NCBI RefSeq assembly: GCF_006274605.1
Contig: NZ_CP040846.1
Location: forward strand, 1,029,041-1,061,040
DNA from: Thermococcus indicus
Lineage (GTDB): Archaea > Methanobacteriota_B > Thermococci > Thermococcales > Thermococcaceae
DNA length: 32,000 nt
Direction of reading: 5' to 3'
In this document: positions 15,948 through 26,227 of the stretch, piece by piece
Layout of the letters: the number at the start of each line of letters is the position of its first letter
Numbering within the stretch: position 1 is the first letter of the stretch
Position numbers and translations under genes: made by a program
Notes under the pieces: model-generated
Told to the model about the DNA's origin: nothing
The model's input: the letters and a program-made list of their open reading frames with translations, nothing else
Databases searched by the model: none

Positions 15948-17066
15948 GCCCCTGACCATCAGTTCGCCCCTCTCATGGAGCCCCATCAGAATTTCCGCTA
16001 TCCTCTCCCCGGCCTTTCCGTCGCCGAACGGATTCGCCGCCCCTGCCATTTTCCGGTAGAACTCCCCATCCTCCAGGAGTCTCTGGAGATACCTCAGGGC
16101 GCGCTCCTTTTCCAGGCCCACGAGAACGTTGCCGCCCGCGGCGACGGTTTCCGGCCTCTCGGTGTTGTAGCGGAGCGTTAGGCAGGGCACGTTCAGGATT
16201 ATCGCCTCTTCCTGTACTCCGCCTGAGTCGGTCATTATCGCGAAGGCGTTCCTCTCGAGCTTCAGGAAGTCGAGGTAGCCGAGGGGCTTTGTCACGGTCA
16301 GGTTCTCTATTGAGGCCACCCTCTCCCAGAGGCCGAACTCCTCGAGCCTGCCCCTCGTGCGGGGATGCATCGGGTAGACCGCCCTTATTGGAAGCCCTTC
16401 TAGAATCTCAATGAGTCTTTCGAGGTTCTCCCTGCTGTCGGTGTTCTCGGCGCGGTGGGCGGTTACGAGCACGTATTCCTTCGGCTTCAGTCCAAACCTC
16501 TTGAGCACATCGCTCTTTCTCTCCGCCACCTCCGCGTTCTGGAGAACGGCATCCACAACGGTGTTGCCAACGACGTAAACGTTCTTCGTTATGCCCTCGC
16601 GCTCCAGGTTTTTCCGGGCTTCCTCCGTTGGGGGGAAGAGAACCTCGCTCGCGTGGTCTGCAAGAATCCTGTTTATCTCCTCCGGCATTGTCCGGTCAAA
16701 GCTTCTGAGGCCGGCCTCCACGTGGGCAACGGGGATTTTGAGCTTGACGCTCGCCAAAGCTCCCGCCAAAACCGTGTTGGTGTCCCCCTGAACGAGCACG
16801 ACGTCCGGCCTCTCGTCCCTCAGGACCTTCTCGATCTTAATCATCGCGAGACCCGTCTGCTCGGCCTGCGTTCCCGAACCGACCTCGAGGTGGTGGTCTA
16901 TGGGGGGCATCTCCAGCTCTTCCAGAAAGACGCTGCTCATCTCGTAGTCGTAGTGCTGTCCGGTGTGAATCAGGAGCGGCTTAACGCCCCTATCAAGGAA
17001 CGCCCGTATCACCGGCGCGAGCTTTATTATCTCCGGCCGGGTTCCGAATACAAAGGCGGGTTTCAA
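15933..17066 (-). CDS. wecB: UDP-N-acetylglucosamine 2-epimerase (non-hydrolysing)
   Basis: The N-terminus MKPAFVFGTRPEIIKLAPV… followed by HTGQHYDYEMS is a typical WecB/MnaA signature. It overlaps wecC by 4 nt. Confidence 0.9.
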   Translation of the reverse strand: MKPAFVFGTRPEIIKLAPVIRAFLDRGVKPLLIHTGQHYDYEMSSVFLEELEMPPIDHHLEVGSGTQAEQTGLAMIKIEKVLRDERPDVVLVQGDTNTVLAGALASVKLKIPVAHVEAGLRSFDRTMPEEINRILADHASEVLFPPTEEARKNLEREGITKNVYVVGNTVVDAVLQNAEVAERKSDVLKRFGLKPKEYVLVTAHRAENTDSRENLERLIEILEGLPIRAVYPMHPRTRGRLEEFGLWERVASIENLTVTKPLGYLDFLKLERNAFAIMTDSGGVQEEAIILNVPCLTLRYNTERPETVAAGGNVLVGLEKERALRYLQRLLEDGEFYRKMAGAANPFGDGKAGERIAEILMGLHERGELMVRGSRFI

Positions 17067-18349
17067 TACTCACCCCTCCCAACGCCTTTGAAGACGAACC
17101 CTTCGGGCGGCACCTCGACCACGCGGCGGCCGTCGATGAGAACGCGGTTCCGCATGAGTTTCCCGAGGGTTTCCCAGTCGAGGGATTTGAAGGCCGTGTG
17201 GTCCGTCGCTATGACCACCGCGTCGGCGCCCCTCAGGGCCTCCTCGAGGCTTCCGTGGGTTCCTTCCACGAACGGGTCGTACGTTCTTACCTCCGCCACG
17301 TCATCCATGATGGCTTCCACGAAGGTGGAGGCAGGGGAGTTCCTGGTGTCGTCGCTGTCCCCCTTGTAAGCCAGCCCAAGGACCGCGACCACGGCCTTTT
17401 CTGGCAGGAGGTTGATGGTTCTCAGCGCCTCGAAAAGAAGATCCTTGGCGAGGAGGGGCATACCGTCGTTTATCTCCCGCGCGAGCCTTATGAGGCCAAA
17501 GTCGTCCTTCGCCGGCCAGACGAGCAGGTGGGGGTCCTTTGGAAGGCAGTGGCCGCCAACGCCTATTCCAGGAACGTGGATTTTAACGCGCGGGTGGCTG
17601 TTGGCCAGTTCTATGGCCTCGAAGACATTTATCCCATACTGGTGGGCGAGGTAGGCGAACTCGTTCGCGAGGGCGATGTTGACGTCCCTGAACGTGTTCT
17701 CCATGAGCTTGACGACCTCACTGACGGTCGATTTTGTCCGGAATATCTGCCCTTTGACGAAGGAGCGGTAGAGCCTTTCGGCAAGCTCAGCACTTTCGGG
17801 GGTTATACCACCGAGGATGCGCGAGTTGTACACCAGCTCCCTGAATATCCTGCCCGGCATCACCCTTTCCGGCGCGTGAACCATGTGGAAATCCCTTCCC
17901 GGCTTCAATCCGGTCAGCTCCCCTATGAGCTCGGCCATTCTAACCGTCGTGAGCGGGGGAACCGTGCTCTCGATAACGATGAGTGCGCCCGGCTTCATCG
18001 CCTTTGCAACGGTTTTGACGGCGCTTTCCAGATAGGTGAGGTTGGGTGTCCTGTCCTCCCTCAGGGGCGTTTGGACACAGATTATGTAGACGTCCTTTTC
18101 TCTGATGTCGGCGGGGTTCGACGTTGCCCGCAGCTTTCCGCTCTCAATGGCCTTCCTGAGGAGATCGTCTATATCCGGCTCGACTATGTGGGCCTTTCCG
18201 GAGTTTATCCTCTCAACAACGTCAGTCTTTATTTCATATCCTGTAACATTGAAGCCCGCGTTGGCGAACATTATCGCGGTCGGGAGGCCGATGTACCCGA
18301 GGCCGATGACAGCTATCTCCGCCGTTCTCTTCTCTATCCTGTCCCGCAT
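17063..18349 (-). CDS. wecC: UDP-N-acetyl-D-mannosamine dehydrogenase (nucleotide-sugar dehydrogenase family)
   Basis: It has IAVIGLGYIGLPTAIMFA…INSGKAHIVEPDI, which closely resembles the WecC N-terminus. The catalytic region contains GVGGHCLPKD. I chose the ATG at 18349, and GTG 18358 is an alternative start. Confidence 0.85.
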   Translation of the reverse strand: MRDRIEKRTAEIAVIGLGYIGLPTAIMFANAGFNVTGYEIKTDVVERINSGKAHIVEPDIDDLLRKAIESGKLRATSNPADIREKDVYIICVQTPLREDRTPNLTYLESAVKTVAKAMKPGALIVIESTVPPLTTVRMAELIGELTGLKPGRDFHMVHAPERVMPGRIFRELVYNSRILGGITPESAELAERLYRSFVKGQIFRTKSTVSEVVKLMENTFRDVNIALANEFAYLAHQYGINVFEAIELANSHPRVKIHVPGIGVGGHCLPKDPHLLVWPAKDDFGLIRLAREINDGMPLLAKDLLFEALRTINLLPEKAVVAVLGLAYKGDSDDTRNSPASTFVEAIMDDVAEVRTYDPFVEGTHGSLEEALRGADAVVIATDHTAFKSLDWETLGKLMRNRVLIDGRRVVEVPPEGFVFKGVGRGEY

Positions 18350-18591
18350 TCGTGTCACCCATCAACGCTTTTCCTGCATGAATAAAAGCCTTTTCCAGAA
18401 AACGGTTTCCGGCCCGGTTTCCTGGGATGCAGGGGTTTCCAGACTATTTTACGGGACCAGGGCATATTTACAAGATTTTTACCTTTGGTCGGGGTCGTTT
18501 TCATGGAAAGAAAGCGTTCTAAACGTTCTTTTGTCTGAAAACATACTGTTAAAGCTTTGAAAAGAAGGCTTCACAACCGTTTTTGGGAAAG

Positions 18592-18615
18592 CCTTATATT
18601 GAACAGAGCTGTTCA
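18592..18615 (+). promoter_or_regulatory. Candidate DUF354-gene promoter (TATA-like CCTTATATT) with an adjoining palindromic operator
   Basis: TGAACAG-AG-CTGTTCA (a 7-2-7 inverted repeat, 18600-18615) sits between the TATA-like box (18592-18600) and the start codons (18621/18633). Confidence 0.4.
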
Positions 18616-18632
18616 GTAACATGGTGGGTAGA

Positions 18633-19772
18633 ATGAAGGTATGGATCGACATAACGAACTCCCCTCACGTTCACTTCTTCAAGGGTATAATCAGGGAACT
18701 CGAAAAGGCAGGACATGAGGTTTTGATAACCACGCGCGAATTCGACGGCCTTACTGGCATCCTCGACATGTACGGGTTTGATTACTACGTCGTCGGAAGG
18801 CACGGGGGTGCCACCCTCGAGGGCAAGCTCGTGGCCGGCACCGAGAGGATGTACCGCCTCAGCAAGCTCATAGTGGAGGAGAAACCGGACCTGGCTCTGT
18901 ACAAGCACTCCGCGGAGGCACCGCGCGTCGCCTTTGGCCTCCAGATTCCTTCGATAGGTTTCGTGGACAACGAAACCGCCGTTGGCCAGAACAAGCTCAT
19001 ACTCCCCTACACCGAACTCCTGGTGTTCCCCAAGGCCATAGACGCCTACGAACTGATCAGATGTGGCGCCGACCCCAACGGTATGAGGCCGATAAACGGC
19101 TTCTCCGAGCTGTCTCACCTCTACGGCTTCCTTCCCAACCGGAAGGTCCTGAACAAGCTCGGCGTCAGGAGGAACGGGTACATCGTCATGCGCACCGAGC
19201 CCGTGAAGGCCAACTACTTCAACGGGAACGGGAAGAGCATCCTTGAGGACGTCATACCCCTCCTCCCGGAGGTGCCCATAGTTCTCTTCCCCAGGACCCC
19301 GGAGCAGAGGGAGCGCTTCGAGCGCTTCGACAACGTGATCATGCCGGAGGAGCCCGTTGACAGCCTCAGCCTGCTCTACTACGCCAGACTTATGATAGGG
19401 GCCGGTGGAACGATGAACCGCGAGGCCATAGCCCTCGGAACCCCGACAATATCCACCTACCCAGGCAGACTGCTCGCGGTGACGCGGTGGCTCGTCGAGA
19501 AGGGCGTCAAGTTCCACTCAACCGACCCCGTGAAGGTTGCCACGATGGCAGAGCGCATGATGGAGATGAACGGAAGCTACCGGGCGTACCTCAGGAGCGT
19601 TGTGAGCAGCTTTGAGAACCCAATGGACGTCATACTCGGCGAGATCGAGACGTACGAAGAGTTCGGAACGTTCAGCGCGATGAAGATTGGGGAGGCAGGG
19701 ACCTCAGAGACCCGCAACCCTGGGGGTTACGTAGGCCTCAATGAGGGCCGCGACGAAAAGGAGCAGAACTGA
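18633..19772 (+). CDS. DUF354-family protein (predicted glycosyltransferase-like, COG1817)
   Basis: MKVWIDITNSPHVHFF… is the typical DUF354 N-terminus. It is divergent from wecC-wecB. The ATG at 18633 follows GGTGGG, and ATG 18621 is an alternative start. The C-terminal ~23 codons overlap the convergent gene. Confidence 0.7.
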   Translation: MKVWIDITNSPHVHFFKGIIRELEKAGHEVLITTREFDGLTGILDMYGFDYYVVGRHGGATLEGKLVAGTERMYRLSKLIVEEKPDLALYKHSAEAPRVAFGLQIPSIGFVDNETAVGQNKLILPYTELLVFPKAIDAYELIRCGADPNGMRPINGFSELSHLYGFLPNRKVLNKLGVRRNGYIVMRTEPVKANYFNGNGKSILEDVIPLLPEVPIVLFPRTPEQRERFERFDNVIMPEEPVDSLSLLYYARLMIGAGGTMNREAIALGTPTISTYPGRLLAVTRWLVEKGVKFHSTDPVKVATMAERMMEMNGSYRAYLRSVVSSFENPMDVILGEIETYEEFGTFSAMKIGEAGTSETRNPGGYVGLNEGRDEKEQN

Positions 19773-20273
19773 CAGGGCGAAAAGCTTCAGGCCTTTAACT
19801 GCCCCCCTTCTGAACCTTTCTCCACCCTCACCTTCTCCTGAGATTATCTCCCTGTACCAGACGATACCGGCGACGCCGGCGAGGGCTATCGCGGGTATCT
19901 CGACGACGCCGTGGGGCACCAGGCCGAGGAGTATCTGCCCCATCGGCATCCCGCCCATCCGGTGAACCGCAAGCACCACCAGTCCAACGACGAAGCCGTT
20001 GAAGGCCATTATAAACCACGGGCCGAGACCGAAGAAAAGGCCCGAAATGAATGTGAGGAGTGCCACCATCGAGTTGTTGGTGAATATTTTGATGAAGTTG
20101 TGGAAGCTGGAGTCTGAGATAGGCCCGATTTGCTCGATTATCTTCCGAACTGCCTCGAGGGCCGTGTCCGGACTGGCGGCTCCAGCCCAGTATCCTCCGA
20201 GGGCGGAGAGCAGGAACACCAGCAGCAGGTGCCCCAGGGTTCTCCTCGGAACCTTCACACCGAGCACGTCCAT
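19704..20273 (-). CDS. SpoIIM-like (DUF95) integral membrane protein
   Basis: It has …IFTNNSMVALLTFISGLFFGLGP…AFNGFVVG…HGVVEIPAIALAG…, which is the PF01944-type pattern. The ATG at 20273 shares one nt with the upstream stop (TGATG) and follows AAGGAGTG. Confidence 0.65.
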   Translation of the reverse strand: MDVLGVKVPRRTLGHLLLVFLLSALGGYWAGAASPDTALEAVRKIIEQIGPISDSSFHNFIKIFTNNSMVALLTFISGLFFGLGPWFIMAFNGFVVGLVVLAVHRMGGMPMGQILLGLVPHGVVEIPAIALAGVAGIVWYREIISGEGEGGERFRRGAVKGLKLFALSVLLLFVAALIEAYVTPRVAGL

Positions 20274-20551
20274 CACTCCTTCAGCGCGTTTTTGAGCGCG
20301 ATTTTGAAGTCCTCGATGTTTACGTAGGGCATCTCAATGTCCATCCTCATGGCAAAGAACTCGTCCATGAGGTGCTCCAGCTCGTCGATCCCGTGCCCCT
20401 CGAGCTTTTGCTCCAGCTCATGGACCGCCTCCTCGGGATGCATGAAGAAATCTCCCGTGATCCTGACGTGCTCGGCCCTGCCGTCCCTCTCATCGAACTC
20501 TATCCTGATGAGTCCCTTCTTCGCCTTGTGCTCGCCCACATGGTGTTTCAT
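20273..20551 (-). CDS. Lipoate-protein ligase C-terminal-domain protein (LplB-like stand-alone domain)
   Basis: It is about 92 aa with …GLIRIEFDERDGRAEHVRITGDFFMHPEE…, which resembles the Lip_prot_lig_C domain. The ATG at 20551 follows GGAGGTGGG. Confidence 0.55.
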   Translation of the reverse strand: MKHHVGEHKAKKGLIRIEFDERDGRAEHVRITGDFFMHPEEAVHELEQKLEGHGIDELEHLMDEFFAMRMDIEMPYVNIEDFKIALKNALKE

Positions 20552-20682
20552 TCTACCCACCTCCAAAGTAAATTGGTGGAAGAAGTTTTTAAAGGTTGGT
20601 CATGTTTCTTTGAGCTCGGCATCGCCCGCCCACAGGAGAAAGCCCTCGGCCTCGTCCGAATATTCCAGATGTATCCTTGCGG

Positions 20683-21321
20683 CTATCGATATCGACAGGC
20701 TTCCGAAGGAGTGCTTTCCCCCGACACCTCCAGAGTGCCGTCAGGATACGCTACAAGGGCCACCACCAGGGTCTTTCCGCGCCACACTGTGCGTGCCCTT
20801 ACGTACACGGGCAGCTCTTCTTTTGTAGTGTTCCCACCGAACACCCCCGGAAGCTCCAGGGGGAACGAGAAGCGCCACACAACGTCTCTCCCGGAAGGGT
20901 ACCTCTCCCGAAATTCCAGCCCCAGTTCCCCCGCCATGGAGAAAACCTCGTCCTCAATGAACCGCATGACCTCTTCCTCCACCTTCCCGCGGACCAGGGG
21001 AAGCACCGTCGATGGAACCGATGAGAGATCGACAACCGCCACGTATCCCACAACCCCATCTTCCATGGACACGCTCATGCCGGCCAGCCGTGAAAGATTT
21101 TCCATGTCGCGGGCGAACCCAGCGTAGGAGTACTCGGTTATTGTGTACCTCACCTCCGAGGGGCCGTAGGAGATGGAATTCACCTGTGTCCCTCTGGGGC
21201 TCCACCCGTCCGGGGCGGTGGACGGTACGAGAGTCCGGGGTTCGTCCATTGTGGCCACTGTTAGGATGAAAACCAGCGCTATCACCGCAAGGATGGCACC
21301 GATGATTTCCAGCGCCCTCAT
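20683..21321 (-). CDS. Hypothetical TM-anchored secreted protein; paralog of the upstream gene; probably frameshifted near its 3' end
   Basis: The N-terminal TM helix is MRALEIIGAILAVIALVFILTV. It overlaps the upstream gene by 4 nt. The alternative frame stays open and coding-like to 20600 (see findings). Confidence 0.6.
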   Translation of the reverse strand: MRALEIIGAILAVIALVFILTVATMDEPRTLVPSTAPDGWSPRGTQVNSISYGPSEVRYTITEYSYAGFARDMENLSRLAGMSVSMEDGVVGYVAVVDLSSVPSTVLPLVRGKVEEEVMRFIEDEVFSMAGELGLEFRERYPSGRDVVWRFSFPLELPGVFGGNTTKEELPVYVRARTVWRGKTLVVALVAYPDGTLEVSGESTPSEACRYR

Positions 21322-22082
21322 TTAACCACCCCGGCCACACTCTCCGCGTCCGACACCAGAGAACCGTCATGGAGGTTCCAGTCGATCTCGACCTCGACCT
21401 CAACGAACTCGAGGGGACGCAGCACGATCCTCCGGTGGTAGTCCTGGGGAACGGCCACTACAACAATGCCATAGCCGCTGGTTGATTGGATGAGGTATTC
21501 ACGTATCTCCACTTTCACATTCCCCAGCTCAACGGTGCCGTACTGGGTCCTGAACGTTCCCACAGGATATCTTGCGGACAGTTTTTTAAGCATCACCCCG
21601 TCCCTTTCCTTCCACTCCCCTTCCGAGATTATCGAGAGCCCCATTTTATTAAGCATCTTTGTGACTTCCGAATCGAGGGAATCTTTTATCTCCTTCTCAA
21701 GAACGGGTTCCAGAGCACTCTTTGCTGGCACATCTGACGTGTCTATCCATCCAACCGCCATGGTGGTGAACTCGGGGGTTTCCATGGATTCGCTGATGTT
21801 GAGAAATTCAAAAAGTCCCTCCAGCTCTTTCATCCGTCTGCGCTCATAAGTGGGTTTTCTGAAGAGCAGTATTCTGTAGGGAATTTTCACAAGGGAAAAC
21901 CCATGAATCGAAAGTTCGTAGGTTTCGGAGTATCCCTCTCCCGTTTTGACCCACCCCAGTGCTTCGGCCTCCTTGGTCATGGCTTCCAGCTTCCCTGTGG
22001 TCTCAACCTGCTCTTTTTCCCCGATGCATCCAGCCGAGAACACCAGGAGGATCATTACGAGCAGGACGGCGCCCCTCTTCAT
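21318..22082 (-). CDS. Hypothetical lipoprotein-like secreted protein
   Basis: The ATG at 22082 gives MKRGAVLLVMILLVFSAGCIGEK, a signal peptide with a lipobox-like SAGC. The track start at 22178 adds an unlikely leader. Confidence 0.6.
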   Translation of the reverse strand: MKRGAVLLVMILLVFSAGCIGEKEQVETTGKLEAMTKEAEALGWVKTGEGYSETYELSIHGFSLVKIPYRILLFRKPTYERRRMKELEGLFEFLNISESMETPEFTTMAVGWIDTSDVPAKSALEPVLEKEIKDSLDSEVTKMLNKMGLSIISEGEWKERDGVMLKKLSARYPVGTFRTQYGTVELGNVKVEIREYLIQSTSGYGIVVVAVPQDYHRRIVLRPLEFVEVEVEIDWNLHDGSLVSDAESVAGVVK

Positions 22083-22100
22083 ACCAGATCCCCTAAATAG

Positions 22101-24119
<2,019 letters not shown>

Positions 24120-25193
24120 TCACTCCCTCAACACTTTTTCCACCACGGGGTCTACTATCAGGTACTCCCCGTTCTCCTTCTTTATCCACCCCATCTTTTC
24201 CAGGTTCCTGATAAGGCTGCCCAGCCTGGCGTTCGTTATGGGGCCGCTCTTTGCCTCCACGTAGTCCTTTATTTTGGACCACCTGTGCAGTCCAATGGAT
24301 ACCGCGCGCAGAATGAGGGCGTACCTTGGGGAGCGCCTTTCAAGTTCAAGAAGCTCCTCCCGTATCATGTTCCTCGCCTTTGCTATCGTGGTTTCCAGGG
24401 CCTTTTTGGGGTCTCCTTTTTTCCAGTAATTGAATCCAAACTCAACGAGCCATCCGGGTATTCCATCCAGCTCGTCAACGGCCCTTTTGATGTCATCCTG
24501 CGGTACGTTCAACCCAACCTCCGAGAAACCCACCCTAAGGAACTCCTCGGAAAGCTCCCTTGGAAACGGTCTGACCTCAACCTCCTCGTAGATTCTTCCG
24601 TAGAGGGGGCTTGAGTAGTCATCCAGCCCCAGAAAGTCGTGGAGAAGTCCAACCTCCGAGCCGGTGAATACGAAACTCAGGTTCGGCATTGAGTCATAGG
24701 CGTGGGCTATGCCAGCCAGCAGGTCCTTTCCGCCCCGGGAGCCGTAGAATCTCAGATACTGAGCCTCGTCAAAGGCCAGGATGACTTTATGGCCTGTCCT
24801 TTCCCCAATCCAGTGGATAATCTCAAGAACGTCCATGAACCCCATATCCCGGGGTTTGATCTGAATTCCCCCAAGGTTCACCTTCTCAACGCTCATACCC
24901 CTGAGGAATCCAAAACGGCCCCTCCCCAGGAGTATCCTCCTGAGTTCGTCCGCCATTACTGGGGCGCTTATGCTTCCGCTTCCGGCTGCGTAGAGCCGGC
25001 GGGCATCGAGGTAGAGCCCGATTCCGGGATATTCGTTGAGAGCCGCCTTTAGAAGGGAGCTCTTACCCACGCGGCGGATTCCTATGATGAGGGTTATCGG
25101 ATACTCCTCCATACCCCTGAGGATGGCTTCAAGTTCCACCTCTCTGTCAAACATCTCCCCCCTTCTCTCCTTTGGTCTTGGGTCAAAGAGCAT
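24120..25193 (-). CDS. Archaeal AAA-type ATPase (Arch_ATPase family) with a C-terminal wHTH-like (DUF234-type) domain
   Basis: It has MFDREVELEAIL…IIGIRRVGKSSLL (Walker A), ILAFDEAQYL (Walker B) and a C-terminal …ILRAVSIGLHRWSKIKDYVE… region. I chose the ATG at 25193. The track start at 25325 extends through the promoter. Confidence 0.8.
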   Translation of the reverse strand: MLFDPRPKERRGEMFDREVELEAILRGMEEYPITLIIGIRRVGKSSLLKAALNEYPGIGLYLDARRLYAAGSGSISAPVMADELRRILLGRGRFGFLRGMSVEKVNLGGIQIKPRDMGFMDVLEIIHWIGERTGHKVILAFDEAQYLRFYGSRGGKDLLAGIAHAYDSMPNLSFVFTGSEVGLLHDFLGLDDYSSPLYGRIYEEVEVRPFPRELSEEFLRVGFSEVGLNVPQDDIKRAVDELDGIPGWLVEFGFNYWKKGDPKKALETTIAKARNMIREELLELERRSPRYALILRAVSIGLHRWSKIKDYVEAKSGPITNARLGSLIRNLEKMGWIKKENGEYLIVDPVVEKVLRE

Positions 25194-25206
25194 AAGTACC
25201 GCCCCC

Positions 25207-25240
25207 GATACCTGGTATCGGTACCGATACTTAAAAACTT
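25207..25240. promoter_or_regulatory. Overlapping palindromes (three GATAC/GTATC half-sites) next to a shared TATA-like box in a divergent promoter
   Basis: GATACC-T-GGTATC lies at 25207-25219. The perfect 16-bp palindrome GTATCGGTACCGATAC lies at 25215-25230. TTAAAAAC follows at 25231-25238. The whole block sits between the ATPase gene (ATG 25193, minus) and the DapA-family gene (ATG 25288, plus). Confidence 0.45.
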
Positions 25241-25287
25241 CCCGGAACCCTAAAATACCCCCTTCCCCCAGAATCTTCGGTGATTCC

Positions 25288-26169
25288 ATGCGCGGTGTTG
25301 TGGTGCCCCTTGTAACGCCCTTCAACGAGGACTACTCCATTGACTTTCCCGCCCTCGAGGAGCACATCGAGTTTCTCCAGAAGGTCGGCGTCCACGGGAT
25401 ATTCATCAACGCGACAACCGGTGAGTTCACTAGCCTGAACCTGAACGAGCGGAAGCTCCTCGCCGAGAGGGGCAGGGAGCTGGTCAAGTCGGCGTTCTAC
25501 CTGGTCGGTACGGCCTCCTCGAACACCGTTGAGGTCGTTGAGCTTACGAAGCACGCCCAGGACATAGGGGCCGACTACGTCGTGATAGCGCCCCCCTACT
25601 ACTGCCCCCTGAACGACGACGCCCTGTTCACCCACTACTCGACCGTGGCCGAGAGTACGGATATTCCGATCATCCTCTACAACATCCCCTCCTGCGCCAA
25701 CCCGCTCAGCGTTTCCCCCATCAAGCGCCTTGCCCTCGAGTATTCGAACATCTCCGGTGTGAAGGAGACGATTGACAGCGTAAACCATATCCGGGACGTT
25801 ATCCTCGAGGTCAAGGGGGAGAGGAATGACTTCAGGGTCTTCACCGGCCTCGACCAGCACCTCCTGAACACGCTCGTTCTGGGTGGGGACGGGGGGATAA
25901 TGGCCTGCGCCAACTTCGCCCCTGAGGTTCATCTGGCCCTCTGGAGGGCGTTCCATGAGAAGCGGTTTGAGGATGCTTTTGAGCATGCCAGGAGGCTGGC
26001 AAAGCTGTCCAGGGTCTATGACCTTGCCTCATCCTTCGGCTCCGCGATAAAACTTGCCATGTCACTCCGCGGCTTCTCAATAAAACCCGTCCTCAGACCC
26101 CCGTACATGATGGATGGAGACGAAGTGAAGGAGGATATAAGAAAGCTGCTCGCCGGGGTGCTGGGCTGA
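25288..26169 (+). CDS. DapA/dihydrodipicolinate synthase-family class I aldolase (exact substrate not assignable)
   Basis: It has MRGVVVPLVTPF…, NATTGEF, ILYNIP and the Schiff-base Lys context ISGVKE. The ATG at 25288 follows GGTGAT. Confidence 0.8.
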   Translation: MRGVVVPLVTPFNEDYSIDFPALEEHIEFLQKVGVHGIFINATTGEFTSLNLNERKLLAERGRELVKSAFYLVGTASSNTVEVVELTKHAQDIGADYVVIAPPYYCPLNDDALFTHYSTVAESTDIPIILYNIPSCANPLSVSPIKRLALEYSNISGVKETIDSVNHIRDVILEVKGERNDFRVFTGLDQHLLNTLVLGGDGGIMACANFAPEVHLALWRAFHEKRFEDAFEHARRLAKLSRVYDLASSFGSAIKLAMSLRGFSIKPVLRPPYMMDGDEVKEDIRKLLAGVLG

Positions 26170-26202
26170 ATTCAAGCGTCCTTCATGAATCCCCATTGGT
26201 TG

Positions 26203-26215
26203 AAGAAAAAAGAAG
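26203..26215 (-). terminator. Oligo-T terminator after the aRF1 gene
   Basis: The minus strand reads TCTTCTTTTTTCTTC (complement of A6 at 26206-26211), about 15 nt after the stop. Confidence 0.4.
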
Positions 26216-26227
26216 ACGCACAGGAAC

